A DNA stretch of 64,000 nucleotides from the NCBI GenBank assembly GCA_040392545.1, contig JBEBVV010000008.1, positions 19,306-83,305 of the forward strand, read 5' to 3'. Below are positions 36,016-44,695 of this stretch, one piece after another; within the stretch, counting starts at the first letter, position 1, and each line of letters begins with the position of its first letter. The position numbers and the translations under genes are program-made. Origin of the DNA: Pseudochrobactrum asaccharolyticum. Its GTDB lineage: Bacteria; Pseudomonadota; Alphaproteobacteria; Rhizobiales; Rhizobiaceae. The notes under the pieces were generated by a model. The model saw nothing but the letters and a program-made list of their open reading frames with translations. It made no database searches and had not been told where the DNA came from.

Positions 36016-37839
36016 TTACAGCGCTTCCGTTGCGGCGATCAGCCAGTTCTTTTCCTCTTCCGAGCAATGCGGCAGCAGCTTGGCACGCGTTTGCGCATGA
36101 TAATCATTGAGCCATGCCAGTTCGTCTGCATTGAGCAATGAGACATCAATCAGGCGGCGGTCAATCGGGCAGAAGGTCAGGGTTTCAAATTCATGCATCG
36201 CAATATCGCCGCCTTCAATCATTGATGGTTCTTTGACGATAATCAGATTTTCAATACGGATGCCGAATTGACCCGGACGGTAATAGCCCGGCTCATTGGA
36301 CAGGATCATGCCGGTTTTGAGTTCCTGTGCGCCACGCTTGGAGATGCTCTGTGGGCCTTCATGAACGGCGAGATAGGAACCGACACCGTGGCCGGTGCCA
36401 TGGGCATAATCAAAGCCATGCTGCCACAGTGCGATGCGGGCAAAAGCATCAATATCCTGACCGCGTGTGCCGACAGGAAAACGCAGGCGTGACAAAGCGA
36501 TCATGCCTTTCAGCACAAGGGTGAAAGCTTTCTTCTCAAAATCCGGCACCTGACCAATGGCAACCGTACGGGTAATATCTGTGGTGCCGTCACGATATTG
36601 CGCGCCGGAATCAATCAGATAAAGCTCGCCTTCATTGAGTGTGCGGTTGGTATCGGTATTCACGCGGTAATGGATGATTGCGCCATCAGGTCCCGCACCA
36701 GAGATACTGTCAAAAGACAGGTCTTCCAGCGGCTTCTGGAACATTTCGCCCACTGTGCGGCGGCTTTCCTCAAGCTTTTGCGCCGCGCTGATTTCATCCA
36801 CACTGCCCGCTGGCTGCTTGTCCAGCCATGAGAAGAATTTGACCATAGCCACGCCGTCGCGTTCATGGGCGGCGCGGGAGCCGTCAAGCTCGGCTTTGTT
36901 TTTGGTGGCGCGGGGCAGACGGGCAGGGTCGGTGCCTTCTGTGACCGTACCGTCAGCCTCGGCAATCACCATGCGCAGTTTTTCTGCTGCCAGTGCCGGA
37001 TCCAGCATGAAGACAGTGCCCTGTGCGGCCAGTTGTGTGAGCGTGCCCTCCATCAGATTGGGCGCAACAAGTCTGGTCAGCTGGGTGAGATAGGCTTCCG
37101 TTTCAATCGGCAATTTGCGTTTGTCGATAAACAGGATGTGCTCGCCATTGGCGGCGATAACCGCAAAGCTCAGCGGCAAAGGTGTGTTGCTGACATCGCG
37201 GCCGCGAATATTAAACGCCCATGCCACCGAAGACGGATCGGTGAGAATCGTGGCATCGGCACCGGATTTGGCCACGGCCTCACTGAGGCTCTTGAGTTTA
37301 ACGCGCGGTTCCTGACCGGCATAGTGCAGCGGCTGGATGGTGACCGGCTCAAGCGGTGCAGCAGGCTGGTCTGTCCAGATCAGGTCAACCAGATTATCCT
37401 GCACCGGCACCAGTTTGCCGCCCTGTGCTTCCAAAGCGGCTTTCAAAGCGCGGGTTTCGGCAATTGTGTGCAGCCACGGATCAAAACCGATGGTCAGGCC
37501 TTTGCCATTCTGCTCCAGCCAGCTTGCAGGCGGATTGTCGATCAGGCTTTCAATGGTGAAAACTGCCGGATCGGTCTGGTTCCGCACCTGCAACGTATAG
37601 CGTCCATCGACAAACACATAGGCTTTGTCTTTGAGGATCAGCGCCGCACCGGCAGAGCCGGTAAAGCCGGTGAGCCAGCCGAGGCGCTGGGCACGCGGCG
37701 GCACATATTCGCCCTGATGCTCATCGGCACGCGGCACCAGAAAACCGTCGAGACCGAGGCGGTTCAGTTCCTCACGCAGTTTGGCAACGCGCGGTGCGCC
37801 GGTTGCGGGATTGCTGCTGACTTCAAAGTTCTGAAACAT
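36016..37839 (-). CDS. Xaa-Pro aminopeptidase (M24B, creatinase N-terminal domain)
   Basis: DEHQGEY, GFTGSAG, DSGAQYRDGTTDITRT, HGTGHGVG, NEPGYY, GIRIEN. Confidence 0.95.
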   Translation of the reverse strand: MFQNFEVSSNPATGAPRVAKLREELNRLGLDGFLVPRADEHQGEYVPPRAQRLGWLTGFTGSAGAALILKDKAYVFVDGRYTLQVRNQTDPAVFTIESLIDNPPASWLEQNGKGLTIGFDPWLHTIAETRALKAALEAQGGKLVPVQDNLVDLIWTDQPAAPLEPVTIQPLHYAGQEPRVKLKSLSEAVAKSGADATILTDPSSVAWAFNIRGRDVSNTPLPLSFAVIAANGEHILFIDKRKLPIETEAYLTQLTRLVAPNLMEGTLTQLAAQGTVFMLDPALAAEKLRMVIAEADGTVTEGTDPARLPRATKNKAELDGSRAAHERDGVAMVKFFSWLDKQPAGSVDEISAAQKLEESRRTVGEMFQKPLEDLSFDSISGAGPDGAIIHYRVNTDTNRTLNEGELYLIDSGAQYRDGTTDITRTVAIGQVPDFEKKAFTLVLKGMIALSRLRFPVGTRGQDIDAFARIALWQHGFDYAHGTGHGVGSYLAVHEGPQSISKRGAQELKTGMILSNEPGYYRPGQFGIRIENLIIVKEPSMIEGGDIAMHEFETLTFCPIDRRLIDVSLLNADELAWLNDYHAQTRAKLLPHCSEEEKNWLIAATEAL

Positions 37840-38013
37840 GAACGAATGATCCTGAATACCGGCGTGCCGCCTGTCATGACACAGATGAGCCGCGCCTAAG
37901 CTATTATTTGCTGCATTAACACGAGAACCGCATAGACCGCTTCCTGATGTAAAATGCGGTGCTGCGGCTGATGATTTCCATCAAACCGCTTTGCCGTCAA
38001 ACTGCGATTATAA

Positions 38014-38892
38014 TCAGAGCTTTGGCTTCAGGTGAAGAGCAACCCAGCTTTCTTTGTAAATAGTTTTGTGATGTTCAAGGCCAACGGCTTTATAGGCATC
38101 CAGCACGTTGTCGCGCTGGGTTTCCAGAATACCGGAGAGGATCAGCGAACCGGTATCGGTCACATAAGTGCGCATTTCCGCCGCCAGTTCAATCAGCGGA
38201 TTGGCGAGAATATTGGCAACGATCAGATCAAACGGCGCACGCGCCTGCATGTCAGGATTATCAAAACCGGTTGCGGTGAGGGTTGAAACCCATTTATCCG
38301 CGCCATTCTTCACAACATTTTCCTGCGCCACATCAACGGCCACAGGGTCAATATCAGTGGCGAGAACCGGAATATCGCGCAGTTTAGTAACCGCAATGGC
38401 CAGCACGGCGCTGCCGGTGCCCAGATCCAGCACATTTTTCGGCTCTTCAAGCGCGACGATTTCCTCGATCATTTCAAGGCAGCTGGCGGTGGTGCCGTGA
38501 TGGCCGGTACCAAAAGCAAGACCGGCATCAATTTCAATGCCGATATCGCCGTCCTGCAATTTATCGCGGTCATGGGAGCCGTGAACAAAGAAACGTCCGG
38601 CGCGAACCGGTTTCAGACCTTCGAGGGAGTGCAGCACCCAGTCAATATCCGGTAGTTCTTCAATGGCAATATCCTGCGGTGCCAGCCCCAGACAGGCGGC
38701 CATGCGGGGCAGGGCTTCATCGGCACCGGCTTTATCTTCGGTGTAAAGCGAGATTTCGTAAATCTGCTTGTCTTCATCAATCTCGGTATTGGCGAGCGGC
38801 AGACCATCTTCTTCAAAGACCGGTTCCAGAAGATCAAAAATCTGTTCAGCCTGATCTTTGTCGCGGGTCAGATATAAGCGGTACTGGGCCAT
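38014..38892 (-). CDS. prmA: 50S ribosomal protein L11 methyltransferase
   Basis: [32 protein letters not shown]. Confidence 0.95.
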   Translation of the reverse strand: MAQYRLYLTRDKDQAEQIFDLLEPVFEEDGLPLANTEIDEDKQIYEISLYTEDKAGADEALPRMAACLGLAPQDIAIEELPDIDWVLHSLEGLKPVRAGRFFVHGSHDRDKLQDGDIGIEIDAGLAFGTGHHGTTASCLEMIEEIVALEEPKNVLDLGTGSAVLAIAVTKLRDIPVLATDIDPVAVDVAQENVVKNGADKWVSTLTATGFDNPDMQARAPFDLIVANILANPLIELAAEMRTYVTDTGSLILSGILETQRDNVLDAYKAVGLEHHKTIYKESWVALHLKPKL

Positions 38893-38916
38893 GAAGTTTC
38901 TCTATATTGGAGTTAT

Positions 38917-38946
38917 AAAAAAACCCGCTTAACACGAAGCGGGTTT
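38917..38946 (-). terminator. Intrinsic terminator between sco and prmA
   Basis: AAAAAAACCCGCTT...AAGCGGGTTT; U tract on the minus strand. Confidence 0.7.
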
Positions 38947-38971
38947 GATTGGGAGTGCTTAGCGATTTTAA

Positions 38972-39559
38972 TCAGCCTGCGGCCAGACGTTTCAGCTTGG
39001 AAATTGCGGTTTCTGCCGGTTCGCCATAGGCGATTGTGGAGCGCAGACGGCCGTTTTTGTCGAGCAGCAGAATGGAGGCCGTGTGATCCATGGTGTAATT
39101 TTCACCATCTTCATCGACCTTCTTGGCATAGATATTGTAGGATTTCAGCATTGCCGCAATATCCTGCGGCTCGCCGGTAATGCCGGTAATGCGGTCCGAT
39201 ACATTGGTGATGTATTTTTCAATATATTCCGGTGTATCGCGCTCAGGATCAATCGTTACCATGAAGCCGCGGATATTTTCGCCTTCAGGGCCAAGCTGCT
39301 TCAGCCAGCCGTCCAGTTCAAACAATGTGGTCGGGCAAACAACCGGACAATGCGTATAGCCGAAAAAGACTGCCGAAGGATTGCCGCGCAGCGATTGTTC
39401 AGTGATTGGCTGGCCGTTCATAGCAATCAGTTTGAAGGCACCGCCATAGGCGCTTTCTTCACTGGAAGCCAGCTGCTTGTCACGATAGGCCTGAAAACCG
39501 ACAATACCGATGGTGAAAGCGGCCACAAACAGCACCAGAACGGGAAGATATTTACGCAT
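38972..39559 (-). CDS. SCO1/SenC copper chaperone
   Basis: FFGYTHCPVVCP (CxxxC), DPERDT, DHTA. Confidence 0.93.
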   Translation of the reverse strand: MRKYLPVLVLFVAAFTIGIVGFQAYRDKQLASSEESAYGGAFKLIAMNGQPITEQSLRGNPSAVFFGYTHCPVVCPTTLFELDGWLKQLGPEGENIRGFMVTIDPERDTPEYIEKYITNVSDRITGITGEPQDIAAMLKSYNIYAKKVDEDGENYTMDHTASILLLDKNGRLRSTIAYGEPAETAISKLKRLAAG

Positions 39560-39571
39560 GAAATCCGATCC

Positions 39572-39757
39572 TCAGAAGCACCATGAAATGCCATCCATGA
39601 GCATTGTCATGAATATGGTGTCGCTGTAATTCAGCCAGCCGGCAAATAAAGCACCGGCAATCAGAGCTGCAACCAGCACAGCGCCGGTCATCCAGAGCAT
39701 CTGTCTGCTGCCGTGTTTGCTGGTCATTGCGCCGGTTTGTCTGTCAGCTGTTGTCAT
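39572..39757 (-). CDS. Small membrane protein upstream of sco
   Basis: One or two hydrophobic helices, ends ...GISWCF; 12 nt from the sco start. Start uncertain. Confidence 0.65.
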   Translation of the reverse strand: MTTADRQTGAMTSKHGSRQMLWMTGAVLVAALIAGALFAGWLNYSDTIFMTMLMDGISWCF

Positions 39758-39901
39758 ATTGACGTTATACCCGTCTCTGGTGCATTTGGCAAAGGTTAGG
39801 AAAGCTGTTTTCTCCAAAATTTTGAAGTTTCAGAAAATAGTGAAACTTGGGTGAGGCAGTTTCCGGTAAAGAATTTTAAAACCGTGCGGGAATGGAATGA
39901 T

Positions 39902-40561
39902 ATGAGCGAAGAAATGATGCAGTTTTCGCGCGATGTGCAGCCGAAGATTCACCCGAGCGCCCAGTTGAAATCCGTTAAACTCGGCCAATATACCGAAATC
40001 GGCGAGCGGGTGATCCTGCGTGATGTGCAGATTGGTAATTTCACCTATCTGGAGCGCAATGGTGAAGGGATTTATACGGAAATCGGTCATTTCTGCTCTA
40101 TTGCTTCCAATGTGCGGATCAATGCGCTGGAACATCCGGTGCAGCGCCTGACCATGCATAAAATGACCTACCGGCCGAATGAATATTTCCGCCATATCGG
40201 CGTGGATATGGAGTATCGCGCTTACCGGTCTTCCAGGCGGGTGACCATCGGCAATGATGTGTGGATCGGGCATGGTGCGGTGATTATGCCGGGTGTGAGT
40301 ATCGGTACCGGTGCGGTTATCGGTGCCAATGCTGTGGTAACTAAAGATGTGCCTGCCTATATGATTGCTGCGGGCGTGCCTGCCAAAATCATACGTCCGC
40401 GTTTTGATGAAAAAACCATTGAACGCCTGCTGGACAGTGTATGGTGGGAATGGCCGGTTGAGCTGATTTACAGAGCACTGCCGGATATTCAGACCATGGA
40501 GATCAATGCATTTCTGGATAAATGGCTGCCACTGGCGCAAGATTTTGTTCCGCAGGCATGA
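39902..40561 (+). CDS. Hexapeptide-repeat acetyltransferase (CatB/Vat-like, DapH/DapD/GlmU-related)
   Basis: IGHFCSIA, IGNDVWIGHGA, GAVIGANAVVTKDV, GVPAK. Confidence 0.88.
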   Translation: MSEEMMQFSRDVQPKIHPSAQLKSVKLGQYTEIGERVILRDVQIGNFTYLERNGEGIYTEIGHFCSIASNVRINALEHPVQRLTMHKMTYRPNEYFRHIGVDMEYRAYRSSRRVTIGNDVWIGHGAVIMPGVSIGTGAVIGANAVVTKDVPAYMIAAGVPAKIIRPRFDEKTIERLLDSVWWEWPVELIYRALPDIQTMEINAFLDKWLPLAQDFVPQA

Positions 40562-40607
40562 TCATGACGTGAGGCGTGTTCATATCCCTGATAACAGGAG
40601 AGCATCT

Positions 40608-41111
40608 ATGAGACAGTTTTTTACCGCTTCTGCCTGTGCTGCTTTGACGGCACTGAACGTTCTGGCCGGTGGTTTGACAGCGCAGGCTGAAGAGGTCGGC
40701 AAGGTTGGTGTGGACTGGGTCGGCAATGATATTGTGATTGATGCGGTTCATGACCCGAAAGTGCAGGGCGTGACCTGCCATCTGGCCTCATTCTCGCGGG
40801 GGATGATTGACCGGTTGCAGAAGGGCAACTGGTTTGAAAATCCCTCCAATGCATCCATTTCCTGTGAGCAGACCGGCCCGATCACCATTGGCGATATTAA
40901 ACTGGGCAAAAGCGGAGAGCGGGTATTTTCCGAACGCACCAGCCTGATCTGGAAGAAACTGGTGGTAACGCGCATTTATGATCAGGCCAATAATACGCTG
41001 ATTTATCTGGCGCATGCATCACAGGTGCAGGATGGTTCTGCCAAGACATCGCTCTCAACCGTTCCGCTCTATCGCGGCGATGTGATGTGGGAAAAAGGCA
41101 AGCCGCAATAA
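40608..41111 (+). CDS. creA: CreA family periplasmic protein
   Basis: Signal peptide; DPKVQGVTCH, SISCEQTGPI, RIYD, YL..S motifs. Confidence 0.88.
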   Translation: MRQFFTASACAALTALNVLAGGLTAQAEEVGKVGVDWVGNDIVIDAVHDPKVQGVTCHLASFSRGMIDRLQKGNWFENPSNASISCEQTGPITIGDIKLGKSGERVFSERTSLIWKKLVVTRIYDQANNTLIYLAHASQVQDGSAKTSLSTVPLYRGDVMWEKGKPQ

Positions 41112-41202
41112 AGACTGTGCGGCCTCTTATTGTTTTGCATGAATGCCGGTTTTAACCGGCATTTTTTCTGCAAAAACGGGTGAATATCCCCCTTATTTTG
41201 TG

Positions 41203-41248
41203 TTGACGAAGATCAAAATCCGGCGCGTAGTTGCAAATGCATCCCATT
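41203..41248 (+). promoter_or_regulatory. mntH promoter with overlapping putative Mur/Fur-type box
   Basis: TTGACG-N17-CGTAGT; 19-mer GTTGCAAATGCATCCCATT at 41230-41248 resembles the rhizobial Mur-responsive sequence. Confidence 0.55.
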
Positions 41249-41275
41249 AACATCAAGCTGGATGAAGATATTTTG

Positions 41276-42643
41276 ATGAAGAAAAACGAATTTCCTTTAG
41301 CAGAATCCGCAGCATTTTCTGCCGAACCGTCCGGCTGGCGTCTGGAGCAGAGTGCCAAATCTCTGGCGGAGGTGCATGGCACAATTGCCGTGCCGAAACA
41401 TGGTAAAAACTGGCGAAAATTTCTGGCTTTTACGGGGCCGGGCTATCTCGTGGCTGTCGGCTATATGGATCCCGGAAACTGGGCCACATCCATCGCTGGC
41501 GGTTCGCGTTTCGGCTATTCGCTGCTGGTGGTGGCGCTGGTCTCCAATATTATGGCTATTGTGCTGCAATCGCTTTGCACGCGGCTGGCGGTTGCAACAG
41601 GGCGCGATCTGGCGCAGGCCTGCCGCGATGCCTATTCACCGGCAATGGCGTGGTTTTTATGGATCGGGGCGGAAATTGCGATCTGTGCGACCGATCTTGC
41701 CGAAGTGATTGGTACGGCCATTGCCCTTAATCTGCTGTTTGGCATGCCGCTGGAGCTTGGCGTGTTGCTGACCGCACTCGATGTCTTTGTGGTGCTGTAT
41801 ATGCAGACCAAGGGCTTTCGCTGGATTGAAGCTTATGTGCTGGTTCTGCTCGGTATTATTGCACTGTGTTTTCTGGTGCAGATTGCGCTGGCTGATCCGG
41901 ATTGGGGCGCTGTGCTTCGTGGCTTTGCACCGACAACGGAAATCGTGACCAATCCGGAAATGCTTTATCTGTCGCTCGGTATTATCGGTGCAACGGTGAT
42001 GCCGCATAATCTCTATTTGCATTCAGGCATTGTGCAGACACGCAGATATGGCGGTGAATTGCAGGAGAAGCGCGAGGCGATTGCCTATTCCACATGGGAT
42101 TCATCCATTGCTTTGATGCTGGCGCTGGCGGTGAATGCATCCATTCTCATTTTAGCGGCAGCGACTTTTCACAAGGCGGGACGCACGGATGTGGTGGAGA
42201 TCGAGCAGGCAGAAGCGCTGATTGCACCATTGCTGGGCAGTACGCTTGCCCCGCTGCTTTTTGGTGTGGCACTTCTCTGTGCCGGTTTGAATTCCACCGT
42301 AACAGCCACGCTGGCCGGACAGATTGTGATGGAAGGTTTTATCAATTTTCGTCTGCGACCATGGGTGCGGCGCATGATTACCCGCGGGCTTGCCATTGTA
42401 CCGACAATTATTGTGACGCTGATCTATGGTAATAAAGGCACCGCCGATCTTCTGATCCTCAGTCAGGTGGTGCTGAGCCTGCAATTGCCTTTTGCCATTG
42501 TACCGCTGATCATGTTTACGGCAGATAGCAGAAAAATGGGCGCGTTGCGTGCGCCTTTATGGCTGACAGCCAGCGCGTGGTTAGTGGCTGTTTCCGTGAT
42601 TATTCTGAATCTGAAACTGATTTATGATGTGGCCACAGGCTGA
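41276..42643 (+). CDS. mntH: Nramp family Mn2+/H+ symporter
   Basis: [29 protein letters not shown]. Confidence 0.96.
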   Translation: MKKNEFPLAESAAFSAEPSGWRLEQSAKSLAEVHGTIAVPKHGKNWRKFLAFTGPGYLVAVGYMDPGNWATSIAGGSRFGYSLLVVALVSNIMAIVLQSLCTRLAVATGRDLAQACRDAYSPAMAWFLWIGAEIAICATDLAEVIGTAIALNLLFGMPLELGVLLTALDVFVVLYMQTKGFRWIEAYVLVLLGIIALCFLVQIALADPDWGAVLRGFAPTTEIVTNPEMLYLSLGIIGATVMPHNLYLHSGIVQTRRYGGELQEKREAIAYSTWDSSIALMLALAVNASILILAAATFHKAGRTDVVEIEQAEALIAPLLGSTLAPLLFGVALLCAGLNSTVTATLAGQIVMEGFINFRLRPWVRRMITRGLAIVPTIIVTLIYGNKGTADLLILSQVVLSLQLPFAIVPLIMFTADSRKMGALRAPLWLTASAWLVAVSVIILNLKLIYDVATG

Positions 42644-42647
42644 TAAT

Positions 42648-42675
42648 AAAAAAGCCGGTGTGAGCACCGGCTTTT
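42648..42675. terminator. Bidirectional intrinsic terminator
   Basis: AAAAAAGCCGGTG-tgag-CACCGGCTTTT between convergent genes. Confidence 0.85.
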
Positions 42676-42689
42676 CTTATTTTTCTGTC

Positions 42690-44066
42690 TCAGGCGGCGA
42701 CGCCTTGGGCATTGATATGGGACGGGTCTATATCATCAATATTTTTATGATCATTATAGACCGTCTCATCAAGAATGCCTTCACGCTTGGCAACAATTGT
42801 CGGCACCAGTGCCTGACCGGCGACATTGACGGCGGTGCGTCCCATATCGAGGATCGGGTCAATGGAGAGCAGCAGGCCGACACCTTCCAGCGGCAGGCCG
42901 AGCGTGGACAAAGTGAGCGTGAGCATCACCACCGCACCGGTGAGACCGGCTGTGGCTGCAGAACCTAGCACGGACACAAAGGCAATCAGCACATATTCCT
43001 GAAGACCGAGCGGCAACTCAAAATATTGCGCGATGAAAATAGCCGAGATGGCCGGATAGATTGCAGCACAACCATCCATTTTCGTCGTAGCACCAAGCGG
43101 CACGGCAAAAGCTGCATATTCACGCGGCACACCCAGATTGCGCTCGGTTACGGCTTCTGTGACCGGCAGAGTGCCGACAGAAGAGCGGGAAACGAAAGCG
43201 AGCTGGATAGCAGGCCATGCACCCGCAAAGAAACGCAGCGGCTTCAGGCCGTGGATGATAAGGATGGCCGGATAGACCACAAACAGTACCAGTGCCAGAC
43301 CGATATAAACGGCAATGGCATACCAGCTGAGCTGAACCAGTGTTTCCCAGCCATATTGGGCAACGGCGCGTCCCAGCAGGCCGATTGTGCCAAGCGGGGT
43401 GAGGCGGATAACCCACCACAGGATTTTACGCACCACGACCAGCAGCGACTGGTTGAAAGCAAGAAACGGCTTGGCGGCTTCACCGGCTTTCAATGCGGCA
43501 ACGCCGAAAGCAATGGCGACGACCAGAATTTGCAGCACATTGAAATTGAGCGATGTGGCGGCAGCGTCTTTGCCAAGTTTTGTGCTGGCTTCAAGGCCGA
43601 ACATATTGGCAGGCACCAGACCTTTGAGGAAGTCGAGCCATGAGCCGGAGGAGGCCGGTGCTTTGGCGGCATCGGCCATCACGCCGGAACCGATACCCGG
43701 CTGAATGATCAGCCCCAGTGCAATGCCGATCAGCACAGCGATAAAGGATGTGATCGCAAACCATAACAGGGTCTGCCAGACCAGTTTGGCGGCATTATTG
43801 ATGGCTGCCAGATTGGCGATGGAGGCGACAATAGCGGTAAAGACCAAAGGCGGCACAAGAGCGCGCAGCATCTGCACAAAGATTGTGCCGATTGTTTGCA
43901 GCGTTACGGAAAGCCAGTTGGCGTTTCCTTCAATATCAGGCCCCATATGGCGGGCGATCAGGCCGAGTAGCAAGCCGATGACCATGGCTACCAGTACCTG
44001 AAAACCGAAATTCCGATAAAATGGCTTGGCCTGAGCAGAAGATTTTTTCACATGAGCGTCAGACAT
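42690..44066 (-). CDS. Dicarboxylate/amino acid:cation symporter (DAACS)
   Basis: FVSRSSVGTLP, PLGATTKMDG, DPILDMGRTAVNV. Confidence 0.93.
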   Translation of the reverse strand: MSDAHVKKSSAQAKPFYRNFGFQVLVAMVIGLLLGLIARHMGPDIEGNANWLSVTLQTIGTIFVQMLRALVPPLVFTAIVASIANLAAINNAAKLVWQTLLWFAITSFIAVLIGIALGLIIQPGIGSGVMADAAKAPASSGSWLDFLKGLVPANMFGLEASTKLGKDAAATSLNFNVLQILVVAIAFGVAALKAGEAAKPFLAFNQSLLVVVRKILWWVIRLTPLGTIGLLGRAVAQYGWETLVQLSWYAIAVYIGLALVLFVVYPAILIIHGLKPLRFFAGAWPAIQLAFVSRSSVGTLPVTEAVTERNLGVPREYAAFAVPLGATTKMDGCAAIYPAISAIFIAQYFELPLGLQEYVLIAFVSVLGSAATAGLTGAVVMLTLTLSTLGLPLEGVGLLLSIDPILDMGRTAVNVAGQALVPTIVAKREGILDETVYNDHKNIDDIDPSHINAQGVAA

Positions 44067-44233
44067 GAATTTTTCTTTCAAAATAAGTGAAGCGAAGGGG
44101 CAAATTTTCTCCCTCCGCTTGAATGTCTGAAATTTTACCGGAGATAAATGGCGTCGTTAAGCGATTTTATGCTGCAAATTGGCGCCCAATTGGTGATTTG
44201 TGCTTATTTATTTATATTTGTTGGTATTAAATT

Positions 44234-44695
44234 CTAGTCTTGCAATATGTGAGAATTTATATTCTTCTTGGTGGCGGAAAAGTGCTGGTGGAAAATTTCC
44301 CGATATTCCTCAAGCGCCAGATCCGGCAGGTTGATCGCAATTTGCGGTTCAAACCAGCCAAGCTCTGTATGCTCATCGCCGAGCAAGTGCAGTTCACCTG
44401 TCCATGAACTGCACTGATAGATCGTCATGATCAGATCATCGGCCAAATTCTGTGCCTGAGTCTGTGCCGGATTCGGGGCTTTGATCCGGAACTGATGCAG
44501 AAATTGCAGCTCCGTGGCTTCAATATTCAACTCTTCGCGCAATTCACGCAAAGCCGTCTCAAATGGTGTTTCAGCGGCCTCGCTATGGCCGCCGAATAAA
44601 GCCCATGAAGAAGGGTAGAGACGGCGATGTGCTGAGCGTTTGCCCAGCAATATCTTATCCTGACGGATCAGCATAATATTGCTGATCCGGTTCAT
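44234..44695 (-). CDS. Nudix hydrolase
   Basis: Nudix box GGHSEAAETPFETALRELREELN; ATGA overlap with the uvrD stop. Confidence 0.88.
   Translation of the reverse strand: MNRISNIMLIRQDKILLGKRSAHRRLYPSSWALFGGHSEAAETPFETALRELREELNIEATELQFLHQFRIKAPNPAQTQAQNLADDLIMTIYQCSSWTGELHLLGDEHTELGWFEPQIAINLPDLALEEYREIFHQHFSATKKNINSHILQD

Noticed and set aside
39902-40561. Acquired chloramphenicol or streptogramin resistance gene
   Set aside because: It is a generic hexapeptide acetyltransferase in a core context with no mobility signs; substrate cannot be inferred from sequence.
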